Shown here in pieces: positions 26,656 to 36,100 of a stretch of DNA of 58,767 nt. The notes beneath the pieces are model-generated. The model had not been told where the DNA came from, did no database searches, and was given only the letters and a program-made list of their open reading frames with translations. The position numbers were made by a program, and so were the translations under genes. Source of the stretch: a virus (taxonomy: Duplodnaviria; Caudoviricetes); the IMG/VR virus record IMGVR_UViG_3300043473_000046, positions 1-58,767 of that record. The stretch is one strand, 5' to 3'. Position 1 is the first letter of the stretch. Each line of letters starts with the position of its first letter.

Positions 26656-28306
26656 GTTCCAGTTCTGCAACCCTGATCCGAAGATCCTTCACACCCTGAA
26701 GCAACACAGCGATCATCGCGCTTTCGTTCCAACTGCCTGGGATCAGTTCATCCGTCATCTTCCCGTTCTCGTCCTTCTCCCACTCCCAGTTGGCGAGTTC
26801 AGGACTCACTTCAGCAACATCATCAGCGATGAGACCGATCCGGAGATCAGCCTTGCGCCATCTCTCTGCGGCATCATCGTCGTAGTGGGGCACCGCATAC
26901 TCTTCAGGTACCTCTATGAAGTCCACATCAACGTCGGTGTCATGAGGCGTTTCCATGTGCGCTTGCTTCAGCGCATAGAACTGGCTCACGGGGTCAGTCT
27001 TCTTCCTCCAGATATAAGTCACTGGCTCCAAGGCGTCGATGACGGCACCGGCATCGACCTTCTCTGGCAGTGGCTCGATCTGTTCCTTCAAGATACGTCG
27101 TGACGAGTTGGCCTTCAGGACGCCCGCACCGTCATACACGATGGCCCCGCCAGTTCCCGGCCCCGCCGAGAGCTTCACCCAGTTCTCTGTGTTGATGTAG
27201 GAGCCTGCTCCGATGTAGTGGTCCCATCCGGCGTTGTTGCCCCTGGTATGGACAGCGCCGTCCGCCCCTCCCTTGCCCATCAAGTGGTAGCCGTAAGTAC
27301 CCATGATGGCCGAGTAAGCGCCGTCGCTGCTCCATCCACCAATCGTCGTCAAGCCAGCAGCGGTGAATTGACCGGCACAGGTGGCCCCCTGCTCCAGTCG
27401 AATACCGCTCGCTCCACCAAGATTCAAGTAACCGACGGCTCTTACATAAGCGTTGGCCGTGGTGGTCAAGTGATCCATGAGGATGTAGCCACAGTTGCCG
27501 TTATAAGCAGTCCAGTTGCTGTCAGTAGTCCAGTAGCCGATCCTGATCCGGTGGCCCTGCTTATTGTAGTTCCTGGCGTACAAGTCACTGTCGGCGGCGA
27601 CGTAACTGCCTTCGGCGCGAATGTAGTTTGCGCCCGTAAAGGTGCCCGTCACCGAGCCCGCACCCGCCACGGAAAGCGCACCCGCCACACTCACGTCTGA
27701 GTTGGCGCTGAATACGCCCGCCACGTTCACTCCCGCAGGATGAACTTGCACTTGATGGGAACCGTCGTTGATCCCGGCTCTGATGTAGACAGACCCGGCC
27801 GTGCTGGCCGACAGGAAGGTATTCGTTGCGTCATTGAGAAGCGTATAGGCAGTCGCCGCCCAGCCAGCCGGGTGCAGAGTGAGATAAGCGCCCCCGTACT
27901 GAGGGTGCATCTCCATGACGTACCCACCAAGCGTGGTGGGGTTGTTCGGGTTCTGGATGGTGAGGATGTCCTGACCGGCGATCCGGTGGTAGATCTTCTG
28001 ACCACTGGGAACATCGCCCACGTCGGCCGTGTTGGTCGGGATGACATCCTCAATGTACTTGGCACCCTGACGGCCAGCGACTCGGACCATCGAACCAACA
28101 ATCGGCTGCGCGCTGCCGTAGGGGATCGTAAAGGTGGCGACCTCTCCGGGATAGATGCACGTCGCTTGCCGCAGGGTCGCATGGACAGCGGTGACGGTCG
28201 CGAACCTGACCGCAGGACGATCCTCGGACACAACCTCGGCCGAGTACATCCGGATGATCTCGCGCAACTGTGCTGCGCTGTTGAAGTCTGAAAGTCCAGC
28301 AGCCAT
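26630..28306 (-). CDS. Tail fibre with C-terminal intramolecular chaperone (peptidase S74-like)
   Basis: SSRRILKEQI..L.PVTY..IGLIADDV...PEL plus terminal coiled coil. Confidence 0.85.
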   Translation of the reverse strand: MAAGLSDFNSAAQLREIIRMYSAEVVSEDRPAVRFATVTAVHATLRQATCIYPGEVATFTIPYGSAQPIVGSMVRVAGRQGAKYIEDVIPTNTADVGDVPSGQKIYHRIAGQDILTIQNPNNPTTLGGYVMEMHPQYGGAYLTLHPAGWAATAYTLLNDATNTFLSASTAGSVYIRAGINDGSHQVQVHPAGVNVAGVFSANSDVSVAGALSVAGAGSVTGTFTGANYIRAEGSYVAADSDLYARNYNKQGHRIRIGYWTTDSNWTAYNGNCGYILMDHLTTTANAYVRAVGYLNLGGASGIRLEQGATCAGQFTAAGLTTIGGWSSDGAYSAIMGTYGYHLMGKGGADGAVHTRGNNAGWDHYIGAGSYINTENWVKLSAGPGTGGAIVYDGAGVLKANSSRRILKEQIEPLPEKVDAGAVIDALEPVTYIWRKKTDPVSQFYALKQAHMETPHDTDVDVDFIEVPEEYAVPHYDDDAAERWRKADLRIGLIADDVAEVSPELANWEWEKDENGKMTDELIPGSWNESAMIAVLLQGVKDLRIRVAELELSASEKRQ

Positions 28307-28310
28307 AAGT

Positions 28311-29498
28311 TCAGCCTACGATCGTTACCCTTTTAGCAGCCCCGGACATTGATCCGAGACCGAGTGGAATGGAGAAACTTGAAAGCAGAAACCGGGTCGG
28401 GTCTCCAGGAGCCGACCCGTCGATCAGGGTCTCGACTGCATCCCCGGCCTCCAGCCAGGGGGCACAGATCGAATCAAGGCTCATGTCGAACTGCTCCAGG
28501 CCCATGACCTTGAGAAGAGACGTTGCGGTGTTGGTGGCAGTCGTGTTGTTGGGTACCGTTGCACTTGGGAACATATACATCCGCCGACCCACCTTGGCGA
28601 TCCTGGTCGGGCTGTTCGCGTTCGTGTTGGTGGCCCTGCCGAATACCAGCCCATTGGTCTGTCCGCTGCCATACACAAGTACGTCGTTGAACAACAAGGC
28701 ATCGCTCGTCGTTTTCGTGAAGTTGACCAAGTTGGCATCTAGACCGGTACGGAACGTGTATGAGACCGGAGCGGTGAACGGGTCGACATTGGGGCGGAAG
28801 GTCAAGTACCCCTGACCGTTGAAGAAGACCTCAAAGCCGATTGCCCTCGCCATGTTCTCACACGCACTCCACCGAGTATCACCCCGCTCAAAGGACGTGT
28901 CAGCCAGCAACACACTGGTCGTAGTGGAGAAGTTCTTCTTGGTGATCCCAGCATTGGTCGCGATGGCCGAGATCACTGTGCCCACATTCTGACCAGCCGT
29001 GAACGTGGTGGTGTCCGGGAACTTATCCAGCATCATCTTCTTCGTAAAGTCCCGCGCCGTGACCTGCAACGTCTTGGGAAAGTGCGGCCGCTGAATGTTG
29101 TCAGGGATGAACTCACCCAACCTGACGACCCACTCGTCACCGTTGGCGAGCACGATGCCCCGACACACCTTGATGACCTTGTCGTACCAGAACTGACCAG
29201 GCCCGTACCCAAGCGACCCGTCGGTGTCGCTCAGGGTGATATCGAGGTTCCGGCGCTCCGATCGCGACATGTCCACGCTCACCGTTCCGTCGATGACCGA
29301 GACGTACTCCTTCCAAGGGGTTACGTTGTCGGCCTCGTAGATGTCAGCCCACGCCACCACCCGCACCACATCGTCTTCAAACTGATCGATGATGTCGAAG
29401 GTTGGCGTTATCCCATAGATGATGTTCGACGGAGTATGCGAAGGTTCAGGCAGTCCGGTGTAACCAACGTAAGGTCGGGCGAAGAAGATCGTTGCCAT
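28311..29498 (-). CDS. Minor tail/baseplate hub protein (DUF5047-like)
   Basis: Position; GTVSVD..RR, RW.A...A..IG.EVFF...G. Confidence 0.75.
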   Translation of the reverse strand: MATIFFARPYVGYTGLPEPSHTPSNIIYGITPTFDIIDQFEDDVVRVVAWADIYEADNVTPWKEYVSVIDGTVSVDMSRSERRNLDITLSDTDGSLGYGPGQFWYDKVIKVCRGIVLANGDEWVVRLGEFIPDNIQRPHFPKTLQVTARDFTKKMMLDKFPDTTTFTAGQNVGTVISAIATNAGITKKNFSTTTSVLLADTSFERGDTRWSACENMARAIGFEVFFNGQGYLTFRPNVDPFTAPVSYTFRTGLDANLVNFTKTTSDALLFNDVLVYGSGQTNGLVFGRATNTNANSPTRIAKVGRRMYMFPSATVPNNTTATNTATSLLKVMGLEQFDMSLDSICAPWLEAGDAVETLIDGSAPGDPTRFLLSSFSIPLGLGSMSGAAKRVTIVG

Positions 29499-29499
29499 A

Positions 29500-30693
29500 T
29501 CACATCTGTCGACAAGTCATCTGGATCAAGATGTCGCTTGGCCCCGCGTAAGTCGGAGTTCCGTTGGAGACCAACACCCCGAAGATGTTCGCCGTTGAAG
29601 TTGTCACGAACTCGACTTCCGGCATCCCGTTGACGAACCGCCCCATGCAGGCAGTACCTGACACGGTGTCGCGGTAGTCAGCAGCAGGGAAATCCACGAA
29701 CGCAAACGGAAGGGATGCTTCCAAGTTGGGGTCGGTGACATCGAAGAGGGCGTTGTCGGCACCCACCAGGATCGGTGTGACCACGAACAACCAGAGCGTC
29801 AACGAGGCCTTCTGCTTGGATCGATCCGTGATCATCACGTTGACGACCTTCCCAGCACGGCCAGCAGCCAGAACCATGCCGGTGAAGGTCATCGCAATGC
29901 CCATCTGATCACCCACCGAATAGGGAGTAGCCGTGAGTGCGGGGGTGGCGACACCCTTGATGCACCGCTCGTGGTTGATGGACACCAGTGCGCCGTTGCG
30001 ATCCGCCCACATCGGCACGAGGTCGGCATCGGCGCTCATCTGGGTCGGCACGACGTTCGACGCCTTGGCCCCGTTGTAGATCGGGTTGCCGACTACGACG
30101 CCATCAGTCGCCGCCGATCCACCTGTTCCAGCGGCAACGTGAGGCGACACCGACATCGCCCTCATCTGCACCGACATCGAACCGGTTCCAAAGGCTGAAG
30201 CCCGGACGCGGATTCGATCCGCTCCATAAGTTGGAATGATATACACCGACAAGCTGCTGTTCGTCACCACGGCCGACAAGCCGACAGCCCCATCCTGAAC
30301 GGTGTGACCGTTCACGGCGTGCCAAGTCACACCGTCATCGACCGAAGCCTCAAAGGCCAGCGTGATGCCAGTGTAAGTTCCAGACGTGTAGGCATAGACG
30401 GTGGTCGCGGAAGCGCACGGAATGTTGATGGTGCCAGCCGCCGCCACGATGCTGCCGGTGACCGAGTTGACCATCGCATTCGGTGTGACGTGAAGCCGCC
30501 CGTTGGCATCCATGTACGCGTCGTTGAGCGCGCCCACGATCTCGCTGATCGGGTTCATGATGTCCCGGCGACGGGCCATCGTGGCGTTCAACTGAGCAAT
30601 GCCAGTGACAGCGCCCTTGGTGATCTCGTCACCGATCACGTCATAGTCGGGTCCGGTCGTCCCGTTCTTGACAGTTACGCTCTTGATGCCCAT
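29500..30693 (-). CDS. Minor tail/structural protein
   Basis: Position in the tail operon; beta-rich. Confidence 0.65.
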   Translation of the reverse strand: MGIKSVTVKNGTTGPDYDVIGDEITKGAVTGIAQLNATMARRRDIMNPISEIVGALNDAYMDANGRLHVTPNAMVNSVTGSIVAAAGTINIPCASATTVYAYTSGTYTGITLAFEASVDDGVTWHAVNGHTVQDGAVGLSAVVTNSSLSVYIIPTYGADRIRVRASAFGTGSMSVQMRAMSVSPHVAAGTGGSAATDGVVVGNPIYNGAKASNVVPTQMSADADLVPMWADRNGALVSINHERCIKGVATPALTATPYSVGDQMGIAMTFTGMVLAAGRAGKVVNVMITDRSKQKASLTLWLFVVTPILVGADNALFDVTDPNLEASLPFAFVDFPAADYRDTVSGTACMGRFVNGMPEVEFVTTSTANIFGVLVSNGTPTYAGPSDILIQMTCRQM

Positions 30694-30702
30694 GATTGTC
30701 CT

Positions 30703-33138
30703 TTACGCTGTGATCTCGCTGTAAGCAATGGTTACGGTCGCCATCTCTCGAAGTCCGACCCCGGCTGTGCGGGTGATGCGAGCACTGTCGAGAGCGACAG
30801 CCCACACATCACCGAATGGGTTGCGAAGGAAGATCTTCATGCCCGAATCCCGGATCGCCTCCAAGTACAATCTCTGCAATCGAGCAGACATGATCTCGTT
30901 GTCCCGGAACTCGGCTGTGAGCGATCCGCTCTGCCCATACCTTGTTCCATACTCCACCCGACGACCGCGACCGATCAACTTCATCGTCGCCATCTCCTGC
31001 TCGTCTTCAAAGTCGTCAGCCGTGACGTGGTACAGAGTCAGGTTCAGAACGTCGTTGTCTGGAACCACAAGCATGTAGTGAGTGCTCTCACCCTGGAATT
31101 GCTTGATTGGATACGCAGATTCAACTTGCGCTCCAACGCTGATCGCAACCTGCACGACGGAGTATTCGTAAGTGACCCCCGTGGCCGCGGTGTAGTCCTT
31201 GTAGAGCCGAACAGTCGGCTCATTGCAGTAGCAGATTTCTGTCCAAGTCGAGTAGCCACGCTGCCGTCGGAGAACCCGCCATGCCACCCAGGTTCCATCC
31301 ATGTTGGCAAGCGACCAGTCCACGGTGACCAATCCGAAGTCGGTGAAATACTGACCATCAAGCTCAAAGACCGGCGTAGTCGGAGCGACATAGTTGGCAG
31401 TGAAGTTGTTGACGACTTGGTTGGTCAAACCGGCAGAATCCGTGACGACCAGAGTCACCGAGTAGTTCGCGCCCACCTGAACGACCGGCGAGGGAGCCTG
31501 ATACGACGTAGCGGTCCCCGGTTGCACGCCAGAATCGGTCACGACGTTGAGGGAGCCGCGATCGGTGATGTAGACCCGCCAGTTGGTCTGCGTTCGTCCT
31601 GCGCTCGCTGAGAACGTCCAGTTGACCGTTGGCTGGGCCACGCTGATGACCTGACCGTTGCCAGGCGACGTGATGGCGATGGTTGGCACATCGCGGAGGA
31701 AGAATGACTGATCGGACGAGAACGCACCAGCGATGTTGTCCTGGTCGAAGACCCTGACTCGCCAGCGAAGTTCGGTGTCCTTCCACGTCGCATCGAGGCC
31801 GGTCCAAGTTCCACCCTGATTGCCTGAAGTGATCGTGCCCGTCGTCTTCAGTGAGCCAGCCGGGTCCGAAAGCTTCCACAACTCAGCTTCGTACTTGAGT
31901 TGGAAGTCCTGCACGTCGGGGTCTTGGAATACCCAGGTCGATGACGCCGTGGTCGCATACGGAAAGCTCTGCGAAGACGTAGGAAGCCGGTTAGCCGTGG
32001 TCGGCGGGTGCGACACCGTGAAGGACGAAGTGGTCGAGGCCGTGCTTATCACGCCGAATTGGTCGATCGCTCGACATCGAATGAACCAGTTGCCTTGCGC
32101 CAGGCGCGCCGTTCCCCAGTTCGGCGTGAACGGCAAGGACTTCGTCGTCTCGTACACCGTCTCAGTCGCGCTGAAGGCAATCACGCCAAAGCCACTGCTG
32201 GCGGATACCTCCCAGAACCGAACCATCCTGGCTCCACCCGCCATCGCTCCGACGGTCGCGTTGAAGACCGGACGAGAGGTTGTCTGGGTGGTGCTCGGGG
32301 TGACAGCCGTCGGGATCGGGACCGTGACGTTCATGGTGAACGAAGTCGGACCTGACCAAGGCGAGTTCTGGTTTATGCCGTAAGTGGTTCCCCACGTCCT
32401 GACGTATGCCACATAGGACGCACCGTTGACGAGATCGGATGTCGGGATATGCGAAGCAGTTGAAGTGTTCACCGCTCCAGAATCGTAAGTTGCTGGAGAC
32501 GCTCCCGGATCGAACCCACCGATCGCAGCTTGAGCGGCCGTGAAGATGCGAACCTGGAAGTAGGTCTGTCCACTTCCGTTCGCTCCAGCGTTGTGAACCC
32601 ACGAGAAGGTGGGGCGAAGCGCACCCGTGACCGAACCACTGGGAGCCGTCCAAGTTGGAGCAGTCGGCGCTTCCGCCATGACCACGTTGACGTAGATTTC
32701 GGATACGTCACAGCCCCAACCCGAACCCAACGGGCTGTAAGCCTGGATGTAGACACTGAGATCATCAAGCTGCGACTGTGCCAAGTTTTGGTTGAGGGCG
32801 GGCGCTGCGATGTTGCCGAATCCCGCCCCGAATCCAGTCACCGCATAATCGACAAACGACTGGGTGTTGCCGATCGAGAAACCCGTGTTGACGCCTGGCG
32901 TCTTTCCTCCGGTCGGGGTGCCGCTCTGACGGGCACGGACAATGATCTGCGCCGATACGAAGACTGCTCCAGCCGGAATCGTCGTGCTCGTCAACGAGAC
33001 GCGACCGAAGCTGGAAATGCTCTCGTTGGTGTACGAGCCATCATTGTTGTCACCCCAAGCGGTATGAGTATTTGGGGCTCCAACAATGGTGAACGAGTTG
33101 ACCCAAGTGCCGTCAGGACGAAGTTGCGCTGTTGCCAT
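30703..33138 (-). CDS. Minor tail protein with FN3/Ig-like repeats (distal-tail-like)
   Basis: Follows the tape measure; PTFSW, YDSG, YVRTW-type repeats. Confidence 0.75.
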   Translation of the reverse strand: MATAQLRPDGTWVNSFTIVGAPNTHTAWGDNNDGSYTNESISSFGRVSLTSTTIPAGAVFVSAQIIVRARQSGTPTGGKTPGVNTGFSIGNTQSFVDYAVTGFGAGFGNIAAPALNQNLAQSQLDDLSVYIQAYSPLGSGWGCDVSEIYVNVVMAEAPTAPTWTAPSGSVTGALRPTFSWVHNAGANGSGQTYFQVRIFTAAQAAIGGFDPGASPATYDSGAVNTSTASHIPTSDLVNGASYVAYVRTWGTTYGINQNSPWSGPTSFTMNVTVPIPTAVTPSTTQTTSRPVFNATVGAMAGGARMVRFWEVSASSGFGVIAFSATETVYETTKSLPFTPNWGTARLAQGNWFIRCRAIDQFGVISTASTTSSFTVSHPPTTANRLPTSSQSFPYATTASSTWVFQDPDVQDFQLKYEAELWKLSDPAGSLKTTGTITSGNQGGTWTGLDATWKDTELRWRVRVFDQDNIAGAFSSDQSFFLRDVPTIAITSPGNGQVISVAQPTVNWTFSASAGRTQTNWRVYITDRGSLNVVTDSGVQPGTATSYQAPSPVVQVGANYSVTLVVTDSAGLTNQVVNNFTANYVAPTTPVFELDGQYFTDFGLVTVDWSLANMDGTWVAWRVLRRQRGYSTWTEICYCNEPTVRLYKDYTAATGVTYEYSVVQVAISVGAQVESAYPIKQFQGESTHYMLVVPDNDVLNLTLYHVTADDFEDEQEMATMKLIGRGRRVEYGTRYGQSGSLTAEFRDNEIMSARLQRLYLEAIRDSGMKIFLRNPFGDVWAVALDSARITRTAGVGLREMATVTIAYSEITA

Positions 33139-36100
33139 TAGTTCACCCCTGCCAAGGACTTGAGGTTGGTGATGAGTTGTTCAGCCTGGTTCGGGTCCGT
33201 GATGTTCGGGAAGGACAGATCACCATAGAAGTTGATCGTAGTCTCCCCGCCCGCATTGGCGTTCGCCCCGTGTAGAGGGGTGACCTGAACGGCCTCGTCG
33301 TGCAGACCCTCACCGATTCGGAGGAGCGATCCATTGGGCCTGCGGGGCACGATGAACCCGCCACGAGCGAGAGCGGCGTGGACGTGGTTGATGTGCTCGT
33401 TCTGGAGCGCCGAAGAGAAGACGTGATCCGACCCGTTGTTGACGGTCTGAGCCCCCGGCCCACCGTAGATGAGTTCCTTCAGGTATGGCTTGAATCCGGT
33501 GTAGATAGCCTTGTTGATTGCCAAGAGATCGTGGGGGCTGTAGTTGACCATGCCCGACGGTCCAGCGAGGTCGATGGCGCGATCCAGTGCGTGGTACGAC
33601 AACTTCCCCGTCGTCCGGGTGATCGACCCTGGACGGTTGGTGCTGAGAATCTTGTACGGAACGCCCATCTGATCGAGGAACGGCGGGATGACCTTCCACG
33701 AACCCGATCCACCCGGACCCGTAAGAACGGGCTTGCGTCGAGTTGATTCCTCGTTCCACGCTTGATCCGCTCCAGTGATCCAACCGTCCACTCCGTTGAG
33801 GACACCCTGACCAATGTTCTTGAAGAAGTCGACAGGAATGAGATTGATCGCTTGCTGAGCGGCCCAGTGAGCAGGGCTCCAGATGGCTTCAACTGCCTTG
33901 TCCTTGAGGAAGCCTCCCACGGAGCCGAGAGCACCCTTGGCGGCGTTGAAGCCGTTCTTGACGGCACCACCGATTCCGAACAAGTCCATGTTGGAGTAGC
34001 CCTGAGCATCCTCACCGAAGGTGTGACCCAGTTCCCGGTAGAGACCACGAGCACGTTGGCGATACCGGGGATCGGTGGGGATGATGTACTCCGGATGGAT
34101 GTTTGATCCTTCGCCCACCAGAGTGTGAGCACCCTTGACACTGCCGCCCATTCGGTCGATCACGTCGCGGCCCATGATGCCGCCAGCAGCGAACAGGTTC
34201 GGGTTGCGCGAACCGTTCACAGCGGCATCCGCAACCGACGTGTCGGCGTGGAATTGGATGAGGCCCAAGCTGACCGGGTCCATCGTGGAGACCTTGCTAC
34301 CGATTCCCAGCAGACTGGCCACAGCGTTGATGGCACCAGCGAGCAAGTTGAAGCCAGTGATGAATGCGTTGATGCCGACGCCAATGACCGTGGCGATCCC
34401 CGTCCACACAGCAGCGAAGATCGTGCCGATGGCGTTCATGATCGGCTTGATGACGCTGTTGTAGAGCCACTTCAAAGCGGTCTGAACCGGCTCCAGGACG
34501 GTCATCATCCCACCGAAGATCGTCTCGATCGCGCCCCAGGTCGTTCGGACGACAGTCTCGATCGCCCCCATGATTGGGTTGAAGACGTTGTCTCGCAGCC
34601 ACGTCAGGGCAGGGGTGATGATGTTGTCGACAACCCACTTGACTCGATCCCCGAACCACTGGAACGCAGGAACCAAGATGTTGTTGATGAACCAGACGAT
34701 GGCATCAAAGATGACCTTGATGACTCCCCATGCGATCTGAATGACCTTCCAGATGGCACTGAAGATGGTATCGGTGTGCGTCAGCATCCAACCGAATGCG
34801 TCAATGAGAATCCTCGTCCAATCCCAGAAGAGTCCGAAGATATCCAGAACGATGTCCCACATCACTTGGATGATCTTCCAGATTCCCACGAACACAATCT
34901 CAGCAGTCACGAAGAGCAACTGGAAGATTGGCATGATGTACCCATCGATGAAGTCCCACATTGCTTGGAAGATGGGGGAGATGACATTCCAAGCCGCTTG
35001 AACCGCTCCCCAGATGGCATCCCACACCACAATGAAGATGTCCTTGAGCACACCCAGAACCGTCATCAAGGCATCGAAGACCGGGTAGATGTAAGTATTC
35101 CAAATGTCCCCGACACCGTCTCCCAGATTCTGGAAGAAGGTAACCACCGCGCTGGCGATACTGGTGAAGAAGTTCCAAATCGGTGTGACGATGTGCGACA
35201 TCAACCAATCACCGATGGTGTCGAACGCACCCGTGATTGGATCGATGATGTACTTCTGCGTCCACTGCCACACCGGACCAGACAGGAAGGCCAAGCCGGT
35301 ATGGAGGGCTTCACCAGCCCATCCAGGAATCTTCTTGAAGAACTCAACGGCCTTGTCCTTGTAGCCCATGAGCTTGTCAATGGCATCTTGGAAGAATCCG
35401 AAGATGTCCATGTCGCCCATGTCGCCCATGGCCTTTTCAATCTCGGCTTCCAAGTCCTTGTTGAACTGCTCAATATCAGCCAGCCCACCCTCGCGACCCA
35501 GAGTCGAATCGCCACCAGCAAGGTCGAAGTTCACTCCCTCGGCAGCGGAGAAGAGACTTTCCTCATCCCCCTTCTTCGCCTTATCAATGTTGGCCGCAGT
35601 TTCCGCCAGGGAGAGGTAATTGGCCATCTCCGATTCCATCTCAGAGATCAAGTCCTTGATGTCGCTGTACGCATCCTCAAGCTGATTGAGCTTGTCCTGC
35701 TCAACATCGAGTTGATCGCCTACCAACTTCTGGGCCTGAGCCGCTTCCTTGGCAACGGCCTGCGCTTCCTTCTGCCTCTGCAAGATACTGTCGTATTGCG
35801 GTTGAAGCTCACCGACGACCTTCTGTTGCTCCTTGATCCCCGCGACGATGTCATCGAAGTTCATCTCGGCAACACCGTTGACCATCTGATCGATCTGCCG
35901 AACGAGCGGATCGAACGTGATCGACTTGGTCAGATCAAGGAATCGACCCTCCAAGTCGAGATCATCAAGCTGCTTCTGGATGCCCTCGATCTCCCTCTGA
36001 GAATCCTGGAGTCCACCCTTCTGATCTTCCAGAGCCTTGATCTGATCGTCATAGGCACCGAGCACATCGGAACCGGCCCCCGCCAACCGCAGGTCTTCCT

